Shown: positions 35,997 to 50,700 of the stretch, in pieces
How positions within the stretch are numbered: the stretch's first letter is position 1
Layout: each line of letters starts with the position of its first letter
From: Camelus dromedarius
Lineage: Eukaryota
DNA length: 64,000 nucleotides
Assembly: GCF_036321535.1 (NCBI RefSeq)
Contig: NC_087436.1
Coordinates: forward strand, 52,082,001 to 52,146,000
Reading direction: 5' to 3'
Made by a program: the position numbers and the translations under genes
The notes under the pieces: model-generated
The model's input: only the letters and a program-made list of their open reading frames with translations
What the model was told of the DNA's origin: nothing
Database searches by the model: none

Positions 35997-38900
35997 CTTC
36001 CCTTAAATGAGGCTTACGTGGAATCTAAGTAAATATTTTAAAAAATTATTTCAGTGACTCTTAAATTCATCATACTCATTTAACATCTATATGCTCCTAT
36101 GAAGGACGAATGAAATACAAGTCCTACTTTCCTTGAAGTTCACCTTCCAAACAAGGAATGTCCAACAGGCTTCTGATGGGAGTGATTATTTTTATCAGCC
36201 AAATGATGGAGTGTTATGTTGGAAATTTTTTTAATACCATAGTATTTGTGATTTTTAACAATTTTTCATCTTTTAAAGTCAAATCAAGGACTAAAAGTAA
36301 CATGGTTTCTTATTAATTTAGTAATAAAGATAAAGCACTAAATCATATATTGCTTAAGTAGAAATTGGCACAATCAAACTTCTCTTTTGTCTCCTCAGCT
36401 GTTTTTAGATAAAATTATTTTTTAATCTTCCCAATCTTTATGTAACTTTGATTTTTCACAAGAAGAGTTCAGGCTTCTGAATCTCTGACCTTAAACCATT
36501 TGAAATTTCTTAAACTCTCCCTAATTAGAGCTTTTTAGAACTCTGTTTCTTTAAAGTAAAGAAGTTGAGAGGCAGTAACCACTAACTTGTTCCTCAGTAG
36601 ACTTTTTTTTTAGTCTACAATTAATCTAAATATTTGAACTATGACAGTTGTGGTATTTTATGTAATATGTACCTTCTCCAATTCAAGCAAAAGATTGAAG
36701 TGTGAAATCAAATGTTGGTGACGCAAGGAATGTAGGTATCACAGGACATTTAAAAGCTCTGAGATGCATATTTCAGAGTCCCCGTCTTCAAAAACAGCTT
36801 TAATTGAGCTCTAGGAGCCTGAGAGTACAGCCCCAGGGACTTGCCACATGCATACAGAAATGACAACAATGTGATGGCCTCATGTGTAAAAATGATCCGT
36901 TTTGATTAGACTGTGACCTTTGAGGGTTTGGGGCATGGCTCAGTGATGGCATCATATTTAAAACAGAACAGACATTTCTGTAAAATATACTTACTGAGAA
37001 TACTTTGGGGCTTTTTATTGTGGATTAAGGAAGCTGACATTGTTCGCAAGCTGGAAATGTATAGTTTGCTTAGTATAAATTATCTCATTTATCCCTTGCA
37101 GCTCTGCAAGGAATGTGTAAATGTCTTTTTTTCAGCCTGCAGAAACCAAGGCTCCTAGAGAGTCACACACACAGTAAATGGCAGTGCCGGGATTCTGAGT
37201 CTGTGCTCTTTCTCCTACACCCCGTGCCTTAGCTGTTTATTCGCTAAACAAACCATGGAAAATACTGCGCACATCAGTAATGCAGACACTGAGGTGTACT
37301 CTTCCATTCACTCACGCGTCCACAGACTCTCACATACAGCCCTCTCCCCCAGCTATGTCATCTGAAGGTCAAAGCTTTAAATATGAAATCTTCTCTTTGA
37401 ATATTCTATTGGCTTAAGTAAAATTCTAAAATGAGAGCTCAGCTTTCCAGTGAGTACTACCCTAACAGGCTTCGTGGTTCATCTCAATGATTCAGAGCTC
37501 CGCTGCAGGTGCTCTCCTTTGGCTGTCCTCTGGGCAAGAGGAGCCTTAAGTTTAATTTTTACCAAATCAATGAGTCTCCGCTGTAGTATTCACAGGCACT
37601 GGGAAATGTGCCCTGGGCAGTACATGGAGCTCCTTTTATGTGCTCCCTCCCCACCTCTCCCCCATCTTCTTTTGCCAAGATTAGAAATCATTCCTCACCA
37701 AGTTAGCCCAAATAAAACAAGCAAGCTTTTGAGCAGCAATGAAAGAGGTAACTTAGTTTGGGGTAATAATTTGTCTCACACCAAATCCCATCCTCTTTCT
37801 GATGATGGCATTTTGCTAACTAATCTCCTTGATACATAATGCTCTTTGAGCCTATGTGTTTATATATGTTCATGTCTGAGTGTGTTTCTCTGCGAACGCA
37901 GGGAAAAACTCAGAACTGCAAACAGAGGCACTCACAGCTGTTTCCTTCTATTCGCTTCCACAGGCCCCCTTTCTAGCCATTCTGCACTGCAAGGCACGGC
38001 CTTGACCTCAGAGGGCTGGCCCCCTCCCGCGCAGTGCTCACATCTAGATCTCAGCCCAGGCCTCAAACACCTTGAAGCATAAAGAGTTGTTGTGTTTATT
38101 AGCTGTGAACTCATAGACTAGAACGAACCACAGCAAGTCAGGCAATGTTCCATGCTTCTGCCTGAGAAAAACAAGCGAATGGTACAGCAAGTGATGTTCG
38201 GTGACAGAGCGATGTCACAGACAGGAGGAAGAAATCGTCTGGCTGTCTCCCTGCAGCCCATTGTCTTTCTAGTGCATTGCTGTTCCACGGCTGCCTCTCT
38301 GTGTGCTTGTCAGACCAGGCAAATGATGTCTTAGAGGAGCTGCATCTGACATTTCAGGAGTTTGGATCTTTTCCCAGCCAGTGCACATCCCTCACCAAAT
38401 CGTCCTGTGACTGAGGACAGCACTTTGACTAGAATGTTTCACAGCATGTAGAGTTATTTTAGTGAGCAGCTTGATGTGTATCTGAAGCTACATATATGTA
38501 TTTCCTTGCTTCCTCTTTTGCATCCTTCTTTTCCTTACTCCCTTAGACAAGTTTTCAAAAATACACATCAATAAAAGGCATAAATTACAAAGTAAATCAT
38601 AGCACTACTATTATCAATGAACCAATTAAACTAATTAAGAAAATTATACCCTTAGTGCTGCTTCATTGGGGGAAGATAGATAAATTGGAGGAAACTGTCT
38701 GTGATACAAATTAGTAAGAAGATAGAGGATGCTCAATCTCTCATACTGACTAAACCGAACTAATTTTAAATTATAAATATCTGTTTAATTATTTAGAGCA
38801 GGGATGGAAAGATAGTTGAGGTTCCGGTTGAAAGTGATTAGTGCAACTCATTCACATCTCACCCGGCAAAAAGGCCAATGGAACTTGCCTCTCTGTTTCC

Positions 38901-39364
38901 ACCTAAACCAGTTAATCCAGTGAAAATATTATTCCAATTAGCCATCCGATACCACATGGACAAAAATAACTAATTATTTAACTAATTTTTATTTCATTGC
39001 TCATTAACTGCCATAATTTTTTTTTTACCCAAGACTTTTTTTTTTTTAAGAATATCAGATGATAATTTTGTTTAAGATCTTCAGCTCTGCGGAATGTTCA
39101 AATTTTAAATGACAAAACAGTTGCCAACAAGACAGTGTTGTGCTTGGCATGTCTCTCCCACCAGATGTTGAGGGCGAGGGCTGGCAGGGCTCCCCTCTCC
39201 AGTCCACCCTTGCCCTTTCATTTACCATGCCACTCCTTCCATATTGGCTGCACTCAGGTTTTACTCAGTGTTTGGGAAGATATTTTGTTCTTGCCACAGA
39301 GGAGAGGGAAATAAATTGTGAAAAGAAGACTTATTTTTAAGGTACTCTGAGCCAGAAATTTAGA

Positions 39365-39560
39365 GTTTTCTTTTCTTTTCTTTAATCCTATCTTTCCTTC
39401 CCCCTATTCTTTTCTTTTCTCTTCTTCTCCTCCTTACCCCTTTCTTCCTCCTCTCCTCCCTTCCTTCCTTTCTCTCTCCCACTCTCTTCTCTCTCTCTTT
39501 CTTTCTCTTCCCCCAATCTCTCTCCATGCACCCCCCTTTCTGCCTGCCTTCCTTCTTATT
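39365..39560. repeat. CT-rich low-complexity (polypyrimidine) tract
   Basis: About 195 nt almost entirely C/T on the + strand. Confidence 0.9.
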
Positions 39561-39829
39561 TACAAGAAAGGAGTTAATATTTCCTAAATTCCCAGTACAT
39601 ACAGGATGCTTTACATCCATTACGTAGTAAGGGACAGGAAATGTGTATTGAATCATTTAAAAGGTAAATAGGTGTGATAAGGATATCATAGATCCTTTCT
39701 GATTAAAACAGGATCTTTAACAGGTTGGCAAAAAAGGAAAGCATGGGTCTCAGAATGTGAATCCTCTGGTAGTATTTTAGTAGAATTAAAAAAATGCATT
39801 TTAGGTTTTAGTTGGAGAGATTATAACTT

Positions 39830-40050
39830 TGCTTTAAAATAAATTGTTACAGGCAAAACGAATTTGAAGAGTTCAGAATGGTGGTTACATTTTTTAAAAA
39901 GGATCTTGTTTGGGAGGGGGCACTAGGGAGCCATCTGGGTGTTGAAATGTAACTGAATTTGGGTAGTGGTTCTGTGGGAATATACATATGCAAAAATTCA
40001 TTGACCAGTATGTTAAAGATACGTACACTTCACTGGATAGAAGTTATACT
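39830..40050 (+). mobile_element. Old L1 (L1M) 3' end
   Basis: 'acaggcaaaacgaattt...tcagaatggtggttac...gcaaaaattcattga...aagttatactttaataaaaa'. Confidence 0.65.
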
Positions 40051-40244
40051 TTAATAAAAATGAAAAACAACAAAACTTTTTAAAAAGTAACTATAATGTA
40101 GCCAAAACATGTATTCTCTCCCCAAGTATACATTAAATAACAACCATTTCAACAAGTATATATAATTTTGAAAAGACTTCACATACCCATTCCTATTCCA
40201 AATCAGACATCCAGTGTTAACAACCTATTTGGAAAAAAAAAAGT

Positions 40245-40249
40245 ATATA

Positions 40250-40282
<33 letters not shown>
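40245..40282. repeat. (TG)n(TA)n microsatellite
   Basis: Read directly from the sequence. Confidence 0.9.
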
Positions 40283-40288
<6 letters not shown>

Positions 40289-41927
40289 ATTTTTATAATT
40301 CTAAATAATTTATATCATTTATGTATAATATATAAACAAAATATACATATGATGCAATCTTATAAATTTTACATCAAGAATAGTTCCCACATTGATATTA
40401 GTGATTGTTTATAAGTATCTTCTCTGAAATGTGAGACAAGCTTGATAATACAGATTCCTTTAATTAGAACATGTAAGTGTACCTATAACCTGGTACAAGC
40501 AATGAGAGCATCACTGAGTGACGTACTGCCTACTGAACAAATTGTAATCCTTCAATAAAGACTAGTTGGTCAACTTTTCAAAAATAGTGATATCATCCAT
40601 CACATGAACTTTAGGTACTAACAACCATCAGAAAAAGGTAATTCAAAAATTAATTAGTGTAACATATATATGTAAACTTTGATGTCAGCCCATTATTTGT
40701 GTTTATTCAATCATAATTACATAGTTGGGGATAATATCTTGCTTGAAGAGCTCAATAATACATATTTTTTCTGATAATTAGTATTTTCTTTAAAACTTGG
40801 GCTGTGCATTCAGACAGTATTTCCACTCATTTTAATAAATTATCATATGAGCTGCCAGAGATGATAATTGTTCACAGGTAGCACAACAGATGAACTGCCA
40901 GAAGCTTTTCCCTGGATGTTGTCCAGCATGTGTCGGGAAGCTCATTGTTAAACTGTAAATACTGTTTGCTTTTTGGTTTCCGATTTTATTAACCAGAATC
41001 AAGCTTGTCTCAATATTTTTCTGGTTCTGTATCTTCTTAGCTTCACGTTCAGAATAAACTTCATCAGGATGAAAAAGCATACTTGTTTTCAGTGTGCTTT
41101 TCTGTTCCCTGTGGATTTTTAATGAGTGCTATTCGAGGATAATGCAATTGAAGTTAAATCTTGAGTATCCCAGTTATCTTAATTCACACTCCAGGAAGAC
41201 TGCATCAGTGTAGGTTTATTCCAAGCCTGGTGATCTTATACCCTGCCCTCATCTTTATACAAACTTCAATACCCAAATAATTAATTTGAGAGTTTTAAGG
41301 TAAATGAAATGTTTCCCCTAGCTATTAGCTGCATGTGTAGTGAGATTCCCTGGCTTTCAGTTTAATTATAATTAAGTATAAAACAAAAAGCTCAAGGCTT
41401 TCAATACCAAAGGCACTGAAATAAAAGACAAGATAATGGGAGAGAAGAAGGCTAGTGAAGGAGAGAGCGTAATAGAAAACAGAATCACAGTCCATGTCAG
41501 CCCGAGCTTGCCAACAACTGCTTCCAAATTCTGTCTTCCTTTTCCTTTCTAATTCTTCCATTTCTCTAACCTGATTTTTACAAAATAATTAGCTTTATAA
41601 AGAGAAGTGTCTTTATTTTATTAATTGTTCATCACATTTCTTCTCATATGTTTACACGAGTGTATTTTCATTTTTAGTATATTTTCATTCAGGCTTTTTC
41701 CAATAAACTGTAGGCTGTCCATTATTTTCGTGTGGTGTTTAGATCCTCAGTGCAGTGTTTGTACTTTAGTATAGATGAATCTTTGCTCTGTACCAAAGTA
41801 ATATTTTCAGTTTGATTTTCAATATCTTCCTTAAAAAAAGATCTAGCCTTTTGGGGACTTTGGGTCACAGCAGCACATTCAGTTCATGTCTTCCTGATAT
41901 GTGAGCCAAGGTACGTGTTAAGTATAA

Positions 41928-42107
<180 letters not shown>

Positions 42108-43066
42108 TAACACCATATGTACTAAATAGACATTTTAATCCCTACTAAGAGTGTCTTACAATATGATTCATTGCTTAAAAGTCAGAAACTCAAAAAAAGA
42201 CACTATATTATCTCATTCCATATTCTTTCTGAACATAGACAGTTAAGAGAATTCAGAATGTCTTTTTAAATGATGAATTCTTTATAAAGTGATATAAAAA
42301 TTTGAATTGATATTTGATGTAATTTGTCCCAAGAAATAAGTGACTAAATTATTTTTAAAATAGCCAGATTACTATTGTTCATGATAATCCTACTCTTTAT
42401 TCTCAAATCACTCAATAAAAACCAGTGGAAGGCAGATTCAACTTTGTGCTTCTCTTTCTGAATCCAGTAGATTTACCAGCCACTCATGGATTTTACAGAA
42501 TTAAAGATGACTTCTTCCTTTAGCAAAAAGTACTAGGAGTGAGGAGTACTTCATATAAACTTCATTTCCCTCCTGTCTTAATTTTCCTCATTGTCCTTGG
42601 AAACTTAAATTTCTCTCTGGCATTTAGTTCTGTTTCAAAGGAGCACAGGGACTTCTCTCAAAACATTTGATATAAGTCAATAAGGGAAAAGCAACGTGCA
42701 GTGATTTAGAAACAACTTTGGAAAATTTCTTGCCATCTGCTTTTCTCTAAGAACATTCAGGAGAATCAGCCAATTTTATGTTCTTCTTCTTGCTGGTCTC
42801 CTAGTTGTGTATTTTTTTCTTTTTGATATACATCTGCAGATAAATAGCGGAGATGCATGTATACAAAAGTTCTTGCCTCCGTTACACAAAAAGTTACTAA
42901 AAACCTTAAATATGGATGAACCAAAAAAATTAAAAACAGTAGATATAAAGGCTAATATATAACTTTAAAAAGTCTTCTTGTGTTTTGGAATTTTGTATGT
43001 GTAGTTATATGCTAATAATATGATTCCGGGAAGAAAACATTAAAAAGGAAAAGGCTATTTTAATGA

Positions 43067-43294
<228 letters not shown>

Positions 43295-45769
43295 TAATAA
43301 TTTTGTGTACTTCATTAATAAATAGAAGACATTAATTTCCTTTCCTTTATTAATAACTTTATCCTTTTAAATCAGTGATTTAAAGTGGTCATGAATCTTT
43401 TCTTTGTATACTTTTTTTTATTAATCTAGAAAGCAATATATATTAGCACTTGGAATAGGTTTCATCTCTGAAGCCTCAAGGTTCATTTCACCATGGAACA
43501 TGTGTCATTAGAAATGTAAAATATTTGATGACTAAATACTATATATGCCTTTTCATTTCCCTTTGGCTTGTTTCAAACAACCTACTATGTTAACATGGTA
43601 TATTACAGTTAAAAAACACTGCTTTCCTCTTGGGGAAATATCACAACTTAACCTTTAAAACATGTCCATAGTATCATTTTTTTTAAATCTACTATTTTTA
43701 CAGCTTGAAATTTTAAGGTAAATCTAACAAAGGCAATGATGATATTCTATTGGTTGTATTGAGTGGCTAAGTGAAAAACAGTTGATTTTTCTAAAGAGGC
43801 GTTTTCCTACTTAACTTAGTATCAGCTATTTCTGTTGTTTTGACCAGCAAAAAGATGTTAGATTGAATGTGGAAATATCTCTTTCCTGAGAAAATGTAAT
43901 ATGGGTTAGTTTCATGCAGTGGAAGAGACAATGTTCTATTTCTTTGGTTATGCTCAATATTCTTTTAAAAGTTAACTGGTTTTTAAAGAAAAACTGTATG
44001 TAGGGAAGCGAAACATTGAATCTACCTTAATACTCTATCATTAAGGTTCAAGTGTTTAAGTGTAAAAATAATATTGTATTTACGTTCCTATTAGAAAGGA
44101 AGTACATGGTTTTTATTTTTTAAAATTAAACAAAAGTACATTAAATAAACTTGTGTTTTCTCCTCTGTCTGCTGGTGTCCTTTTTAATAAGACGCCATTA
44201 CACACCTGCTTCTGGTGTTCTGTAGCACACAGAGCATTGGTGTTTAAAGTGCTGTAGAGACATGACACTGAAAGGTAGTCGTGGAGTTCAGGTCCAGAGT
44301 GGTTTGCTTTCTGCATGGCTTATACCCAGTTTATTCTTCTACAACCCGATGGACCCCTGAAATAAATAAGTAGATGACTTACCATAAATTAAGTAGATTT
44401 TAAAAATATCCCCTTCTATGTCCAGGACTTAGTTTCTGGCATGTTTCATATAATAGGTTCAATTTTCATATTTGTCATTAAGCTCTGGACTCAGCCATAA
44501 AATAATTTCTAGGTTTGCATTTTGCCATATTTCTATTAGAGTTTCCACCAACCTTACTTTATTTAATTAATTTTATCATTGTTTGTTTTTACTGTAGATG
44601 GTATTAACTTTAGGAAGCACTTTATAACTTTTCCAGAATAAATTCTATATTCAGGTTGCTTTACCAAAGCTCTAGCTGGGAATTCACATTAATCAGAAAG
44701 TCTCCCCTCCTCTTCTTTTCTGTTCCTAATAATAAGTTCTTGTTTCTCAGAAAAAAATTCTGTATTTTTATGGATAAGCATTATTTTTCTTGTATGAATT
44801 GTTCCAGAAGCATAAATTATTTAAATCTCTTAAACAAGTCTTAGTTTGCAATGAATATTTTATGGATAGCATAATGGTTGAAATATAGAGGGTTTTGTCT
44901 TATTGAAGTTTTTCATTGGATGTTGAAAACATGAAATATTGCTTCATTCTTTTTAGAATTAGTTAAAAAAAAGATATGTAGCAAGGCCATTATTTATATC
45001 GCCTTTTATGTCTCAAAAAGAGAATTTGATGGGCTGTCAGCATTCTATATTCACCTGTCCTGATGGGTTTTTTTTAAATATTAAAGCATTGAATATGTAG
45101 AATATCAGTTCTCAATGGGTTTTCATAGCTGTTTTATGCTTTTTTCCAAGGATTCCATAATATCTGCTAGCTTCACCAAAGACCCTTTAATTGCAGGTAA
45201 ATCAGGATAAACCAAAGAAAAGTGACAGTGCTATAAAATTGTTGGTGAAATGTCATTTCCAGCTATTATATTCTCATAGCTTCTAAATGCACCATTTTAA
45301 ATTGAAATATGGCTTTGCTAAATGTTTATAGCTAGAAAATTGGAAAATGGATTTCATATGAGGACTTCAGGTAAAAGTATAAAACTTAGAACTGTGAGCT
45401 GAAGAATGAGCAGCTAAATTCGGGGCTACTTTACTGCTTGTTACTACTCTTGGTTTGCACCCAGTAAGGTAAACTACAGTCGGTTTAGACTCTAATTAGA
45501 AACCTGTGTAGCTCCTAATGAATAAATATCCAAAATGTCATACAGTAAGCAGCTACTCTTAAAATGAAACCCGTCTGTTGTCAAAATTTTATTGTTAGAG
45601 ATAAACACCATAATTTGTTCCCCATCCTGATTTCTAATCACAGTTTAACCAAGGTAGTAACAGAAATTTCCCCAAAGATAAACTAAAATAAAAGCTTCTC
45701 CTTAAGATATGAAACACAGGTAGAGTCACATCAACCGGTAACTGAAACCTTGAGTGGATAAAATAAGTA

Positions 45770-46005
45770 AGAAGGAGAGAAAGACGGAGTGGAAACCAGG
45801 AGAAAGGAGGAAAGAGTAGGAACTACAAAGGCAAGAGAGAAGTAAAGGATGAGATGAAGGCAAGTAGTAAATGAGCATCCAGAGGAAGAGGGAAGGAAAT
45901 TTCGAGAGAGAGGTAAAGAGTAGAAGGGGGAGGAAGGAAAGCAGAACAGGAGAGAGAAGGTAGGGGGCAGTTCACAGTACCCTGTGGCTGGGGAGCGGAG
46001 GGGAG
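45770..46005. repeat. GA-rich low-complexity (polypurine) tract
   Basis: Purine-dominated stretch ending about 90 nt upstream of exon 6. Confidence 0.75.
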
Positions 46006-46092
46006 AATTGCAAAATGCTGGTTTCTTCTGTTTTTCTGAATTCCAAGTTTCCAAAGATTAGTATTTTGCTCTCTGTCTTCTATTTTTCTTAG

Positions 46093-46233
<141 letters not shown>

Positions 46234-48949
46234 TGAGGATGGGGCTCTCACAGCCGCTGCAATTGATCAGTCCATGTGCCTGACTTCTGTATGTGTGTGT
46301 GTAACTCTGCCAGGAAACAAGTGAAATTGAAAGGTTCACTTTGAAAGCCTAGTTCAAATGGGTTTTTATCTTTTGGAAAATATAAATATAAATAAATAGG
46401 TAAATAAATGAAGGTATCTATATAAACCTAGAGATATAATATCTGTGAAGAATAGGAAAGGTATAAAAGAAGTAAGTGACTTCAGGATGACAAGACAGCC
46501 AAAGAAGATAGTACGGTTTAGTAGAAGATTTGTTCTGTTTCAAGAACTGTAGCTAAAAAATATGCACTGACAACCTTGATTTTTCATTCCATTATGTAAT
46601 CCCTGAAATTTTTTTTAAACCAGTTTTCATAACTTAAATCAGAAAAGCACTTTTAAATTGGTTAATTATTTTCAAGTTATTCTTAAATGTTCTTGAGTTC
46701 ATTAGACTTCCTGAAGAAATTAAAATTAGCAGTAACTCAGTATATAGGTGTATTTTTAGCATTTTGACAAGCCACGTTGAACAAAATTTTTAGTAATGTT
46801 TATATTTGCAAATGTATGGAGATTTGCTCACCCTGTAATATTTCAGAGCTCTTCAGAAAGACATCCACAACACAGTTGGGTTTTTGCATGGCCTACCGAT
46901 TTTCCTGACATCTTAGCTACCTCAGTTTTAGCCTACTGCATTTCATTACCCAGTTTTACATAAGTTCCCTTATTAGACATACAGTTTTATGTGAAAGTAG
47001 CCAGAGTGAAAGGGTGAAATTGATTATAGAGACATGGAGAATTTTAAATGCTAGAATACACAGTCTTTTTTTTTTTAACTTCAAAATCAAACTTGGTGTT
47101 CACTGAAATTTGCACTCAATTCCTGCCCCAGCAGCTAAACTACTGGCCTGGCTGGAAGAACTCTGTAAAATACATCCAACCACATATCTTCTGTCTCTAG
47201 AGTAACAGATACCATCCTTCTGCACAGCATTGATCAGAGTTTGTTCAGCAGTGGAAAATTTTGTTCTATATATTGTTTCTTTTATGGGGAAAAAAGTTTC
47301 CTTTTACTCATCTGTTGATGTGATTGAGAAACTGAAGTTTGTGAACAGAAAGTCTTGTACACTGTAAAGGATCTTTCAAAGAATAGTTTTTGTTTTAAAT
47401 ATTAAGAAGGTTTGTTCCAAGCTTATTTATCAGACAGCTTACAGTTCATTTCTATGTTTTGGAACTTTGGGCTGAAATGAAGAGGCAGAGGCTAGTACTT
47501 CTGAAAAGCCTAAGGTTTCTTTTTAGCAATTAGTTAATTGTGGAGTAATCTTTCATTAATGTTCAAACTTCTAGTGAGAGGTCATATTGTTGAAAAATAT
47601 CAAAGCAAAGTGTTCAATTTTTCAGATCTGGCATTAAATCTCTAATTATACCATGAGAATTTAAATTACCTATTTGATACCTGCTGAGTTGTGCTTCAAT
47701 AATAATGTCAAACAAAATACAAACCTCTTGATTTTGATATTGAGCCATATTGCATTCATCTTTCTTTAAATCATAGTATAACATTCTTCTATTGGCTTTC
47801 TCAGTCAGCTATTCCAATAAATCGTATTCTAAATAAAGTCCTGTACTGAACTTATGCAAAGTTATGATATTTTTCTTTTGTGACTGTACACACAGATGTG
47901 TTTACATCAGAGATAAAACCCATCAACTAGATAATTAGAGGACTATGCATGTTTTCATACTTTTGTTCTCAACAAAATGATTATCCAACTCCTCTCATCA
48001 GAGGTTCTTAAGAGATAATGATTTTTAACCATGACAAATGCTGACTATCAAAATCCACAGCCCATGTTCTCTGACTCATGGGAAAGCAGTTTGGGTTATG
48101 TTTTATCTGAGGAAGAGAAAAATGGCTCACACATTCTCTCAAGAGTTTTTTGATTCTTTTGTCTTTAGTGCCATCTTGAAGGTGTCAAGGCATCCTCCGT
48201 GGTCACAGTTTGTAAAACTGGTGTAGAGGGGCACAGAGAAACAATAGAATTGGTAGAGAAACTTGGTGACGGTGACCTGTTTGAGTAATTGGCAGTAATT
48301 TTGATCCACAACTCCCAGTTTTACTTTGCATGTCTCTATAGAGTTTGTATATTTAATTTGTTCTGTCATCCTACCCATGATCTAACACAGTGTCTGGGCC
48401 GTCATTCAACTGAAATGAAGTTATATAGAGAAATGCATCTGTAAGGATTTACTAATGCTGTTCGTGAGTTATAGAAGACAGTCAATGTGACGGAGAGGAA
48501 AGAATCCGTAAGAATTCTGCTTTTGCCCCAATGCTACCATTATCTTTAGAACCTTAGACCAGTGTTTGCATACTTGAATGCCTATAATGTCAGGCAAGGA
48601 ATGGAGAGTCTTGAAGCCGCCAGGAGTTAGATTGTAAAGATTAGTGAGGATCCTGATAAATCAGAGGTAAAATTTTCATCTTCAGGTACACCAAATGAAA
48701 CTTTTGGCTGGATTTGGTGCTTTGGGTTGTTTGCCTTAGATGCACCATCCTGTAAGCTCTGTGTTCTAGGAATGGCTTGCTTCAAAAGGAGTGAGTTAAA
48801 TTAACCATTCTAAAGTTCCTCTAAGCTCTGAGATTTGAAGGCCATCTTGATGATCATTTAAAAATGTGTTTTTGGAGCTGCAGATTGCAGCTCACTCAAA
48901 TCACTACCGGTCTCTTAATCACAGATCAGTAGCCTTTCTTCTCTTCACA

Positions 48950-50050
48950 AGCTGCCCAACGCCTCTTCTGCAGTTGACACTCTTGTCAGCTCCTTCCACC
49001 TTGAAATCCTCTGGTTCCTCCTTTTGCACATATCCTGACTCTCCTCTAACTTACCAGGAAGATCCCTGCCTCTTCCTCCGCCTCCTTCTTTGTCTTCCTC
49101 CTGCTTTTGGCATTTTTTTCTTCACACTTTCCCCAGCTACCTTATCTATTGCTGTAGCTTCACTGTAAACTGTGAGCTCTGTGGTTAGATGACCAGATCT
49201 ATGTCTAGCTCCTTTTAACCCTTTATCTTTCCTGAGCTTGAATTCTCTATTTCTAGCTTTCTGCTAGATTTTTTTTTTTTATTTTAGATGTTCTGTTGTC
49301 ACCTTAACCTGAATGCACCTTGCCTAAAAAGTTTTATTATTTATCTTCCCACTTGCTTAATTTCCCACTGGGGATTCCTCCTGGTTTTTTCTGTTTCTAT
49401 TCTGTTCATTCTCCCAGTCATGCCAACTGGCAAATATGTTTGCTTTTTCTTCGTGCATTGATGTCACCACCAATCAGCCATTGTATGTCATGGATCCTTT
49501 CTTTAAAGTCTCCCCAGCATCTAGACAATCCTGCCTTCCCTCCCTCCTACTCTGAGTTCAAGACCTACATTTTCAGTTTGTTGAAACCATACCTAACTTC
49601 ACATCCTACCCGTCCCCTCCCTTCAATTCATACTGTTCCATTCATGGGTATCCTTTTGAGAATTCATTCACTTGTTCAATTATTTAACAAATATTAGTTG
49701 AGCACCTACTATATATGCCTTCTGTGAGGTTTTTTATATGTATACTCAAAGTCCCTGCCTTTGAGAAAATGACAATCTAGTGGTAGAGACTGAGAAGCAG
49801 AAACTGACAAATAAAATGCAAGGTGAGTAGTTTGATAAATGTGGAGGTTGTCATACACACATACATACATACATACAAACAAGGATGAATGTGGTTGAAG
49901 GGACTACTCACTGTGGAAATGTTGTTTGACCTAAGCTTTAAAGAATAAGTAGAACATATCCAACCAGAGTCAATGGGGAAGGCTCTTGTAGGCAGGAAAA
50001 GTGGTGTTTGTGAGAAAATATGAGGAAGATAACACTCTAGGAATTCTAGA
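48950..50050. mobile_element. L2 LINE fragments in both orientations
   Basis: Pyrimidine-rich L2-like text up to about 49650, then a reverse 3' end 'ttcattcacttgttcaattatttaacaaatattagttgagcacctactat'. Confidence 0.55.
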
Positions 50051-50164
50051 AAGATGACCACGCCAGTGGTCTCATTCTGCCTCTAATCCCAGATCACAGG
50101 TGGCTGCTTTGGTATACAATAAAGCTAAACATTTATATTTAGCTAAGCTTTTCTACTCCTATTT

Positions 50165-50700
50165 TTATTTCCACTAGAAGTGTGTACCTAAGTGTACCAA
50201 TAGACAGACAAGATTGTTCATGGAAGTGGTACGCATAATAACCAAGAAATAGAAACAACCCAAATGTCCATTTAGTAGAATGAATAAAAAATTGTAGTAT
50301 ATTTATTACAACTAACTACAGCCAATGAGAATGAGTTAACCAAAACTGCACATAACAACATGGGTGGATGTCACACATAAAATGGTGAGTGGAAGAAACC
50401 AGACACTAAGGAGTGCACACTGGGTGATTCCACTGAAACACGAGTACAGCGCTAGAGAAAGCTAACGTATAACAGTAAAAGCCAGGATGCTGGTTACCCT
50501 TAGTGAGGAGGTGATGATGACTCAAAGGAGATAGAAGGAGTTCCCGGGGCTCAGATCATGTTCTTTGTCTTGTTCTGAGTGCTAGTTACAAGGGTGTTCA
50601 CTTGTAATCTGATTTGGGCAGTTTTGTGTGTCAATTTGTAATCTTCCCCATTTGTGCAGTTTTCTGTAAAAATGTTATCCTTCAAAGAAAAGTTTGCCTT
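50165..50700 (+). mobile_element. Old L1 (L1M) 3' region
   Basis: 'gaaacaacccaaatgtccatttagtagaatgaataaa...gagtggaagaaaccagacac'. Confidence 0.75.

Noticed and set aside
39360..39656. K/R/E-rich 98-aa ORF
   Set aside because: Translation of the CT-rich low-complexity tract.
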